Assembly: GCA_965644315.1 (NCBI GenBank)
Contig: CBFFRQ010000089.1
Coordinates: 372,001 to 436,000 of the forward strand
Reading direction: 5' to 3'
Source of the DNA: Caecitellus pseudoparvulus
Taxonomy: Eukaryota; Protista; Bigyra: Bicosoecida
DNA: 64,000 nucleotides
The notes beneath the pieces were generated by a model. It made no database searches and had not been told where the DNA came from. It worked only from the letters and a program-made list of their open reading frames with translations. Made by a program: the position numbers and the translations under genes. Below, piece after piece: positions 23,701 to 32,280 of the stretch. Numbering within the stretch: position 1 is the first letter of the stretch; every line of letters starts with the position of its first letter.

Positions 23701-24898
23701 CATCGTGTGGCTGATGCTTGTGTCATCCACTTGAAGGGACACCATGGCTTCTGGTTTCTCTGCCAGCTTCTTGCGCAGATCAGCAGTTATGTCATCGGCT
23801 GCTTGTCGAATGTCCCTGTACATCGTGCTTGAAGAGGCTTCTGAACCCCATACGGTCATCAGCATGTGGTTCTCAGGGGACATCACCTTCGCAATCTGTT
23901 GCGGCGACAGCCCATAGGAAGCGAAGTTCTGCACCAGAAGTTTTTGAGCGATTCGCGAGTGAGACTTGCTATCATGAGCGATCGTCTCTCCCGAGACAGG
24001 CACTGACTCGACAAGTACCTGTGCCTCATGCACGAGGTTCCGTGTGACGTGTCCCAGGGCTCTGTATGCCTCACTGTCAGACTGAGCTTTCATGGGCTTC
24101 TCAACACTGAACGTTTTGGCCAGTGCAAGAACTTCTTGCTTGGTCATGTGATGCTTGGCCGGCAGGTGCTTTCTGAGAAGCGTTTCCTTTCGTGCTTCAA
24201 CGAAGCACTTCAGGGTCTCGGACCACAGGATTGGTTTTCCAGTGCGCGAATCTGACCGCTGGAAATCCGCGAGACTGTTCCCTTTTGCCTTCCAACCCTT
24301 CAGCCCAAGAATTGCAAGCAGGGGGAAGTTGCCAATGCGTAGATCTGGGCACACAGCCCTCCACTTCTCAACTGCAGCCTTCCCTTGATTCTTGGTCTTG
24401 GTGTCGCAGAAGTGACGGAGTGCCTCCCGGCTGCAAAGCTCTCGCAAGAGGCAGCCGTTGCGGAAGAAAACCTTCAATTCAGTTGACAATCTAACAGCTC
24501 GAGGGAGCTCAGCGACAGTCACATCCTCCCCAGACTCAGCCGTGCCCTCTGCCATGATGAGGCGTAAAGTGAAACGTGACCGAAACCCCGGCTGACAGCA
24601 CCTCCGTTGCAAACGAACCTGGTTGTGTTCAGGAGCCTAGGGGCGTAAATATCAAGCCTCAAATACAAAACAGTGTTATGATTTGGTGCATTGATGGCAA
24701 AGTGGCACTTGACCCTGCTCGGGGACCAGCGCTGGCAAGCAGGCGGAGGGAGGAGGATGAGCGTCTCTCAGCACCTTGCACACGGGCGGCGAAGGGGGGG
24801 GGGGTCCACAAGGGGGGCACCCCCCCCAAGGTTGGGGTGTCCGGCATCTCAGCAAAAAAGGTGCGGAAATAGCTTCCCGGACACCCTGACGATCCCTG
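20759..24898 (-). mobile_element. Complete hAT DNA transposon (4140 bp)
   Basis: Perfect 22-bp TIRs CAGGGATCGTCAGGGTGTCCGG (20759-20780 and 24877-24898), 8-bp TSD TTTGGCAG (20751-20758 and 24899-24906), internal transposase, lower GC than host genes. Confidence 0.96.
21448..24555 (-). CDS. hAT transposase
   Basis: SLQVDDTS (D1), IVCDNATVN (D2), CMAH (CxxH), TRWGS, and WWREK..WPLLSRIA..TPVTSAGAERFFS (E, C-terminal dimerization domain). Uninterrupted ORF; start taken at MAEGTAES. Confidence 0.92.
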   Translation of the reverse strand: MAEGTAESGEDVTVAELPRAVRLSTELKVFFRNGCLLRELCSREALRHFCDTKTKNQGKAAVEKWRAVCPDLRIGNFPLLAILGLKGWKAKGNSLADFQRSDSRTGKPILWSETLKCFVEARKETLLRKHLPAKHHMTKQEVLALAKTFSVEKPMKAQSDSEAYRALGHVTRNLVHEAQVLVESVPVSGETIAHDSKSHSRIAQKLLVQNFASYGLSPQQIAKVMSPENHMLMTVWGSEASSSTMYRDIRQAADDITADLRKKLAEKPEAMVSLQVDDTSISHTMLNCTTVVLSCPSLLPEPIPCRVFLKVDHSDARAITEQILVVLYELDLNPARLAGIVCDNATVNVRAIKDLQRLGSAISALPAGESCRREVECALGHRLDGLTKEAAAALGRIQCQEEVRRRDAAGLGDDYFDLSTPVAATPSRDPGPEVEIVDPVTNLTRREIEEAASTDFMRVRDDSVPHKKLDESKATFCRRVLCEWLDSSSVRKGMASLALLPRVPCMAHSAALAVGEVFDEFEWGVEVCQRVKDLFAGQNPAPHRESAKAASAYSSDYLFAPTRWGSVWKAAKAILIKRKALIAWLSAQSRSGSGSNTTVFENKAERALNNLRRFDTMLQLAAMVEVARPLVSMIEKLQSHMGHEGGTEMFAFVENKLREIRQGQRQPTLSAEVLIVGADRAGRAKCLAELDGSFIRDSDSARRYLPAPQHARATAAKLRLQAADRGWRKLKEWGAVIAARWKLMDLLRPRPDAGLRFAHLEKSVPKYYTHAEPGKLPRSARFCVLVMNLCRGQINHGQELLHLLNNNVGTALQIEEEWRHFVAYCESHRELACLEIGSDGRKQAEPCKDLEAWWREKRRTWPLLSRIAQALYSTPVTSAGAERFFSVLTDWCASGKRTRAHTQLLGSQLLLLSNQQFVTRRIRDWLTPRFKVCNSSVDSVRQEQGQALVKGLDGLAGQLVSSRVAPAARACSLAGASAAPSRRAVGGKKRVRAGGAPPSGPKKAPRSGGGKQGTLDDVWRNRSGAEDSIPMQSWL

Positions 24899-25221
24899 TT
24901 TGGCAGAGTGCATGGCATGCGGAAGGTGTGATAGACAAGACAGGCGCTCGTCAGCCTCATCCCCCTCCAAAGGCGCAAGCCTTGGTGCCATCGCAAAGGG
25001 CATGCGGTACAGAAAAAGTAGAATCTGCACTGGGGGTACCTGCTCGCCCCACTCGACGTACAAGGCCTGAGTGCCAAAGTCGCAGCGGGAAGGGCGATGA
25101 ACGGGAGCTAGCCGTTGCGGGTGGAAGGCACAAGAACACTGATTCATGTCATATCAAAAATAATGCGTTATCTGCAAGCACAATGCCAGCTCGTGAGCGG
25201 CGGGGCGTGGCCTTGCGAGCC

Positions 25222-25683
25222 TCAACGCAGCACGAAGAAGTAGACCAGCACAAACGTGCACACGATGAACGCCACGAGCAGGCAGATGTTGCTGCCGCCC
25301 CCCGCAGCCACCATGGAGTCCAGCTGCCGCATGGTCGTGCCAAGCAAGCTGTCCGCTTGCCCCGCGCTGCTTCCCTGTGTGAGGCGGGCAGATATGGGGG
25401 AGGGGTGGTGCAGGGATGAAATGCGCAGGCCGATCGCTGCAACGCACGATTCCGGAAAGCATGGCATTGTGGCGCTGCAGCTCAGTCAAGGTGCCTTGCA
25501 TGTGCTGTGCAGGGCAGCGGGGTGAAAGACAATGCACAGCAGCGCCAGAGTGGTAGCGCAAGCCAGCCGCCGACACACCCCACGCAGCACTTCCGTTTTG
25601 GAGTGCAACTGGTCCCACAGGGAGTTGTTGTCCGCCTCCAGCACAGACGCAGAAGTCTCTTGCGCAGAGCTCGAGTCATCCAT
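25222..25683 (-). CDS. BET1: BET1-like Qc-SNARE; exons 25683-25579, 25504-25448, 25374-25222
   Basis: Spliced product MDDSS..LEADNNSLWDQLHSKTEVLRG|HMQGTLTELQRHNAMLSGI|GSSAGQADSLLGTTMRQLDSM..CLLVAFIVCTFVLVYFF gives a SNARE coil plus C-terminal TM. Two phase-0 GT-AG introns of 74 and 73 nt. Confidence 0.8.
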
Positions 25684-26607
25684 CCGGGGCGCGGTGCCCT
25701 GTGCCGGAAATGAGCATCGCAAAGGTGTGCACCACGTGACAACGCCCACGAAACGCACGCCGCCTCACCGAAGCGCCTGCAAACAGCTGCCGGCGGTTGC
25801 CTGCATGCCCTGACATGCTACCGCGATACATGTGATCAGCGTCTTGCGCGAAGGTGTTTCTGGTCCTTCAGAAGGTGTCACACGTTGCCCAGAGGGCAAG
25901 GACTTGTGTAGCTTGGCTTTGGCTGGCTTCGCTCCCGTTGTGCAGTCACAATCAGTGCACTTGCGTGTGTCGTCGTGGCTGGTTTGCACAGAGCAGCTGA
26001 GCAGTTGGAGAATATAGTTTTTCTCAGTTGTGCTTGGTGAGCGTAGTTGTTATCGGACCTGTTCTCTGGCAGTGACAAGAGTATAAACTATTGGCAAGGC
26101 TTTGTAAGGAGAGCAAAACTGTGTAGCTGTGTTGCTCGAAACAAGGTCGACCTGAGCAAAGAATGCATTTGCTTTCAGGACATGAAAAGAAGATGTGGAT
26201 TGCCACCTTCGGCCGAGAATTGGGCAAGCCATGGTATGTGGATTCGACCTAGTCCGACTTCCATCGACCCATGTGAGATTTAGAATCGCCCAAGTGCCCT
26301 ATTCTTCATCACTGTGCAAGGGACAGTTAGGGGAGCTTAACAGGGGACAGGTGGGGCGTTTGACATGTTAGGTGGGCGTTCCAGCCAAGATGGAGTCGTG
26401 TATCACAGACAATCAGACTTAATTTTCGTTCAGCACGTTGGCAGGAAACACGATTCAGATTGTATTGTTCGACAGAAGGCAAACATGGGCTGCTTCTGCA
26501 GGCTACTTGGTGTGGGAACGAGTCTTGGAAACGCGGAAGTGGTCTGCAGCATCAGAGAGAGCAAGACTAGCTTCAATGCGTTGCATAGACCTTGCCTGGC
26601 GGCGGCG

Positions 26608-29600
26608 TCACCATGACCGGTATTCCCGATTCCGAAGTCTCACGATTGCGTCCTGGTGACCTTGCTTTGCTGCAGCCTTGTACCACCGCACAGCCTCAGC
26701 ATCATCGAAGGCCACGCCCCTGCCACTGGCGTACATCATTCCAAGGCAGTACTGTCCTTCCGCATGTCCCTGCTCAGCCGCTGCCCTGTACCACCGCACC
26801 GCCTCAGCCTCATCCTTGGCCACGCCCCTGCCGTTCGCGTACATGTCGCCAAGCATGCACTGCCTCTCCGCATGTCCCTGCTCAGCCGCTGCCCTGTACC
26901 ACCGCACCGCCTCAGCATCATCCATGGCCACGCCCCTGCCCCTGGCGTACATCATTCCAAGGCAGTACTGTCCTTCCGCATGTCCCTGCTCAGCCGCTGC
27001 CCTGTACCACCGCACCGCCTCAGCATCATCCATGGCCACGCCCCTGCCCCTGGCGTACATCATTCCAAGGCAGTACTGTCCTTCCGCATGTCCCTGCTCA
27101 GCCGCTGCCCTGTACCACCGCACTGCCTCAGCATCATCCTTGGCCACGCCCCTGCCCCTGGCGTACATCATTCCAAGGCAGTACTGTCCTTCCGCATGTC
27201 CCTGCTCAGCCGCTGCCCTGTACCACCGCACCGCCTCAGCATCATCCTTGGCCACGCCCCTGCCCCTGGCGTACATTTCGCCCAGCTTGGTCTGCCCACC
27301 CGCATGTCCCTGCTCAGCCGCTGCCCTGTACCACCGCACTGCCTCAGCATCATCCTTGGCCACGCCCCTGCCGTTGGCATACATGTCGCCCAGCCCGCAC
27401 TGCCCCTCCGCATGTCCCTGCTCAGCCGCTGCCCTGTACCACCGCACCGCCTCAGCATCATCGAAGGCCACGCCCCTGCCCCTGGCGTACATCATTCCAA
27501 GGCAGTAGTGTCCCTCCGCATGTCCCTGCTCCGCCGCCGCCCTGTACCACCGCACTGCCTCAGCATCATCCTTGGCCACGCCCCTGCCGTTCGCGTACAT
27601 GTCGCCAAGCATGCACTGCCTCTCCGCATGTCCCTGCTCAGCCGCTGCCCTGTACCACCGCACCGCCTCAGCATCATCCATGGCCACGCCCCTGCCCCTG
27701 GCGTACATCATTCCAAGGCAGTACTGTCCTTCCGCATGTCCCTGCTCAGCCGCTGCCCTGTACCACCGCACTGCCTCAGCATCATCCTTGGCCACGCCCC
27801 TGCCGTTCGCGTACATGTCACCCAGCTTTACAAAAGCCATTATACTTCCCGACTCAGCTGCTCGACGCATAGTTGCAGTATCCACCCCAGCACCCTTTCC
27901 GCACCATGCTCCATCCTCAACCCCAGCCACACCCTTCATGTGCTGGAAAAAAGCCCTTTCCATATCACCTCCGCCTTGCAAAATCCCCCACACGCCGATG
28001 CAGTCACTCGAGTCCCTCCCAAGCGCAGCCATGCTCCCTACACTTCTTTCAACATCAACCAATCCGTTGCACTTCCCAGCCTTCCGAATGTCACCAGTCT
28101 CCTGCACTTTTTCCCGCCACCTTCGCATACTATCCCACAAACCTTGCACCTCTCCTTCACCGCTCGCAGCCACAACATCCCAAACACGGCCAATGCCACG
28201 ATCTTGAACTTCACCCCGCGCCAAACCTACACCATCGGCACACCCACTTCCCTCTCCCTTGTCCCACATGCCCACTCCACCAAAACTCGTTAGCACACTC
28301 CCACCTCTATCACCATCACTATCGCCATCACCATCACCGCCACCACACCCCAGGCCCAACGTGCTCCTCAACGCATCACGCCACTCTCCATCCCCACCCT
28401 CTACCTGTCCCATACTCGCAACACACACACGAACTGATGCCACACCCCGCACCACATCTTCTGGATCACCATTACCCCCTTCCACCACGAGTGCCCCCAA
28501 AGCACTTCCTCCTACATATCCAACCTCTGACTCCTCACAAGTTCTCAACACGCCCAAACACTTCCGTGCCCAATTCGCTCTCACATGGTCCCCGACATCC
28601 TCCCACCCTTCTCTTGTCAGTTCATGAAGCACAGGCACCCCCACATCCGCAAATACCTGCAGCACCACGCTCATCCACACTCCCAATGGATCACGAGCAT
28701 TGCCATAGCCTTGTTTTACGCACACAGCCACACCCTTCAGCGTCTGAACAGGCGGCGCACACCCCTCACTCTTTGCCCACGCATTCAGCCGTTGACCCAG
28801 CAGCAGCCCAGACACAGCATCACACACCTCCTTTCTACATTCTGCCACCCACTCACCATCACCTCCCTCCCCAAACAGTACTGGAACCTTGAACTCACTT
28901 CGCCACTCCACCACCATGCCTCCACCATCAGCACGCAGGAATGCACGCCCACCGCCACTCACATCCACATTCACACTCGCACCCACACCATCGCCCTCCA
29001 CCATGTCCACCTCTGGCACACCAAGACTCCCAAGCTTGCCCAGAGCCTCCGCCATCTCTTCCACATGACATGCTGTGCTTGCCATGGAACCTTCATCACT
29101 CTCACTCAACCGCTCGGAGGTGGCATGTAGTATGGACTGAGCACCACCCACTGTTCTCCTTATATCCACACCCCCCGCACCATCCACTTCAACTTCACCA
29201 ACCACACCCCGCACATGCCGCGGCACCCATGCAGCCAGCCCACACAGCACAGTCTCACGAGCATCGCACGTCTCCAGCCAGAAGCTCACCCGCCGCCACG
29301 CAACCACAATGCTCCCGTACACACGGTCCAGCCGCGCCTCATCCACCCACTCGTCTCGCACCAGTGTCCCCCGCACCATGTCTTGCAAGGCATCCTGTGC
29401 CATGTGCACTCGCCAGCACAACCTCCTCAACCCTCGCTCAGCTCGCTCAAGCACCTTGCCTCTCGTTTCCTCCAGAATCCGCACCAGCCCAGCCTCGATC
29501 CGCCCCAGTGCCTCCAGCTGTCTCTCCACACCCATCCACTCCCCAATCTCGGGCATAGGCTCGCCCACCGCGCTTGCCAACCCTTTCAGTGCTTCTGCAA

Positions 29601-29880
29601 CTTCGCCTCGCACAGCCACGCTATCCACACATGGCCCTCGAGCCACATCAATCAACGCATCGACAGGTCCGATGCCCGTGGTCGCCCCACCTGCACCTGA
29701 TGCAGACATGATGACACTCCCGCTCTCTGTGGGTGTGGCAGGGGCCATGAAATGCCACAGGCGTTGTGGGCAGCACTTGTCACAACTGGCGACGCTCTCA
29801 CCAATTTCCGCTCGTCGAATCAAGAAGCAAGTCACGGCAAGCTGTGATTGATGTTTCGCCTTCGGCAAACGAAGAGACAT
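26608..29880 (-). CDS. Large protein with an unknown N-terminal region and 11 C-terminal Sel1-like repeats; start could be 29880, 29748 or 29709
   Basis: LGxMYAxGRGVAxDDAEAVRWYRAAAEQGH repeated 11 times in a single uninterrupted ORF. Confidence 0.88.
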   Translation of the reverse strand: MSLRLPKAKHQSQLAVTCFLIRRAEIGESVASCDKCCPQRLWHFMAPATPTESGSVIMSASGAGGATTGIGPVDALIDVARGPCVDSVAVRGEVAEALKGLASAVGEPMPEIGEWMGVERQLEALGRIEAGLVRILEETRGKVLERAERGLRRLCWRVHMAQDALQDMVRGTLVRDEWVDEARLDRVYGSIVVAWRRVSFWLETCDARETVLCGLAAWVPRHVRGVVGEVEVDGAGGVDIRRTVGGAQSILHATSERLSESDEGSMASTACHVEEMAEALGKLGSLGVPEVDMVEGDGVGASVNVDVSGGGRAFLRADGGGMVVEWRSEFKVPVLFGEGGDGEWVAECRKEVCDAVSGLLLGQRLNAWAKSEGCAPPVQTLKGVAVCVKQGYGNARDPLGVWMSVVLQVFADVGVPVLHELTREGWEDVGDHVRANWARKCLGVLRTCEESEVGYVGGSALGALVVEGGNGDPEDVVRGVASVRVCVASMGQVEGGDGEWRDALRSTLGLGCGGGDGDGDSDGDRGGSVLTSFGGVGMWDKGEGSGCADGVGLARGEVQDRGIGRVWDVVAASGEGEVQGLWDSMRRWREKVQETGDIRKAGKCNGLVDVERSVGSMAALGRDSSDCIGVWGILQGGGDMERAFFQHMKGVAGVEDGAWCGKGAGVDTATMRRAAESGSIMAFVKLGDMYANGRGVAKDDAEAVRWYRAAAEQGHAEGQYCLGMMYARGRGVAMDDAEAVRWYRAAAEQGHAERQCMLGDMYANGRGVAKDDAEAVRWYRAAAEQGHAEGHYCLGMMYARGRGVAFDDAEAVRWYRAAAEQGHAEGQCGLGDMYANGRGVAKDDAEAVRWYRAAAEQGHAGGQTKLGEMYARGRGVAKDDAEAVRWYRAAAEQGHAEGQYCLGMMYARGRGVAKDDAEAVRWYRAAAEQGHAEGQYCLGMMYARGRGVAMDDAEAVRWYRAAAEQGHAEGQYCLGMMYARGRGVAMDDAEAVRWYRAAAEQGHAERQCMLGDMYANGRGVAKDEAEAVRWYRAAAEQGHAEGQYCLGMMYASGRGVAFDDAEAVRWYKAAAKQGHQDAIVRLRNREYRSW
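26650..27837 (-). repeat. 11 x 108-bp near-identical coding tandem repeat (Sel1)
   Basis: 1188 bp = 11 x 108; recurring core CGCATGTCCCTGCTCAGCCGCTGCCCTGTACCACCGCAC on the + strand. Confidence 0.95.
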
Positions 29881-30322
29881 GAACTTAGATAGGCAGCTTG
29901 TGATCAGCGACCGGGAAGTTGTGTAGGAGGAGAGTTTTGCATGGAGCGACGACTTGAGCAGCTAATTGCTGCGCCACCCACACTAATAGGTCTCGTGAAA
30001 CCTTACAGTAAGAAATTGCTGATTGACTACTGTAGGAGTTCAGGCTTATATCAGAAATGGCGAAATGAGGATTCTTGGGATATTTGAGTTGGGAACCCCA
30101 CCAAAAACTGATCGATATGTACTTCATGCGGAATCAATCGCTTGCACTCGCCAGCCTGATGCAGGTTTTGCTGTAGGTCGTAGTGATTGGCAAGTGAGAA
30201 TTGCGGAAATCGGTTTGCAGGAATAAAATGATACTTCACTCAAATCCAACTCAGAGCATACTAAAAGCTGCACAACTTATCCCAGTACTACGGACTTTAG
30301 TTTTGGCTTGGATTCTTTCCAG

Positions 30323-31660
30323 ATGGCCGCCCATCCGGCTGGCGGGAGCCAGCATGGTTCCCAACCCCACTCAACAACCCCGAATGGCCAACAGGATGCC
30401 GTACAACGCGGAATCGTAAAACCCAGAGGAGTCCCAGTCCCAGATGACGTTGTACTGACCCTTTTCGCAGTGAGTTTTGGCGCTGGATCTTGCTGCTGTA
30501 GGTGTGGTACCCCACAAACCCGTTTCAAATGAAACGCCTAGATTGCCTCAAGCTGGCTGGAGAAGAAAATGGACGAAGGTGGGTCCCTTGTCGATGCTCT
30601 TCCGCATAAAGCTGCAGAAAAGACCCAGTTTATCAAGTTCTTGGAGCGATTGATCAGCGCGGGAGCCGGAACCGTGGACGTCCCCGGTGGCGTTTCATGG
30701 CTGGTGCGGCCTGAGCATGCAGCTGCATACCTTGGCGTTCCAACAGAGGGAAACGTGGGCCCTGCAGGGCTGTACTGGTCTGCTGCACATGCCCAAGCAA
30801 AGTTGTCAGCTTTCTTGGCAGACCGCAAGAACGGGAAGTCTGTACAGAGGACTTTCCACAACCTGCAATTGAAGGGCAGACTGCGACGGGGACTCAAGGA
30901 AGCCATCCAGGCCCTTGAGCTTCTTGCAGAGCATGCAGTGGAAAATCCAGCCGTGGCATTCCCAGAGGATCCAACTAAATGCCCTTCTGATCCAGCATTG
31001 CTCCCATTTTCAGCCTTGCTGCGGGTACATGTTCACAACCAGGAGGCTCACTCAGGTCCGTGCCTTGGCCCCACCCTGACTCCGGGAAGTGAAGAAGTTG
31101 CACGCTTCGCAGCAGCTTTCGGGTACATTCGTTACCATTCAGTGGTGCGCATGGCTGTTCGCGTGAACCCAAAGCTTGAGCGAAGCCGACGGAAGCGTCA
31201 GCGTACGTCCCCGGCCCTCGATCGACCACGGTCCAAATCGGTTCGAGGAGCTCAGACCCCAAGCCCGGGACAGGCGGGTACCCCTAGCAACATTGCTGAT
31301 ACGCTGGTTGATGAACTTACTGAGGCGGCATGTCAGATCGACCCCGCGGCAGTCCCCTTCTTGTCTGTCGAGACCGCTCTGTCTCTTGAGGAGCAAGACG
31401 CTGCAATCGCAGCAGTAGCACAAGCAACTGAGGCTTCAGCATCAAGACGCAATGCTGGAAACCGCGGCAGTGACCCAAGCGGTCTGTTTCACAGCGCTGC
31501 AGTGCTTCGAAAGGCTGCCCAACAAGCAAAAGAGTGCTTCGATGTGTCAAGGGACTCTCAACGCATGCACGACACTCTGAAGGAGGCTCTTGTCCAGCTC
31601 TTGGACAGGATGACGTCGATCGAGCAAGCAGTGACACGGATAGAGGCTCGTCTTGCATGA
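30323..31660 (+). CDS. Transposon accessory protein (ORF2), unknown family; exons 30323-30469 and 30542-31660
   Basis: A GTGAGT...TAG 72-nt phase-0 intron joins a 49-codon exon in frame with the 363-aa ORF. Basic NLS-like RSRRKRQR and a C-terminal coiled coil. Lies within the TIRs. Confidence 0.7.
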
Positions 31661-31829
31661 TCCAGGGGACACACCTTTCACTCCTTCCGTCCCGAGTGTA
31701 AAGTCATTGTATTTGTTGTGTATGGTGATCAGAGGAGGGAACAGGAGCGAGACACGGCTTTGCTGATCAATGCACGCTGCCGGGTGGGCCAGGGGGAAGA
31801 CACCATTGAGAGGGGTGGTGTCCTCGAGC

Positions 31830-32280
31830 TCACTTCGGTAGGGCAGATCCCGCTGCCGTGGCTGTGCCTTGCGAAGCGCAGGAAAGTGTCAGCCGGTGAA
31901 CGAGGTCGCCCCTCGTACCAATGCAAGACAACCCCGTTTCTTCACATCGTTGGCGAAGCTGGTCGATGGTCATCCGCGCTATCGAGTCCGGGTCCAGACA
32001 AGGGTCACCCTCAAGGAGAAGTCCAGACGCAAACTCCACGAGCGGGCTGTCCTCCAAACCAGATCCCGGACACTGCAACAGGCTAAGCTCCACTGGAGTG
32101 CAGTTCTTGTCCAATGCCAACCTCTCTGCGATCAGAGGGAGTGTGTTGTACAAGTGCGTCGCTGCTCCCGAGGAGTGCAGCTCTTGTTCCTCGGTTCCAT
32201 CCTCGTGGTAGTAGTACACCTCCCACATTGCGGTGTAGGGGTGGACCAACACTGCGTAGCCTCGCTCGGGTTGTGACCCC
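31830..32280 (-). CDS. SAP-domain-containing segment, probably the frameshifted C-terminus of the PHIS transposase
   Basis: MTIDQLRQRCEETGLSCIGTRGDLVHRL fits the SAP consensus. The frame overlaps the transposase ORF end across a G6 run at 32277-32282. Confidence 0.65.

Noticed and set aside
26650-27837. CRISPR-like repeat/spacer array
   Set aside because: Units are 108-bp in-frame Sel1 codons. The variable parts are homologous to each other rather than unique spacers, there are no cas genes, and the context is eukaryotic.
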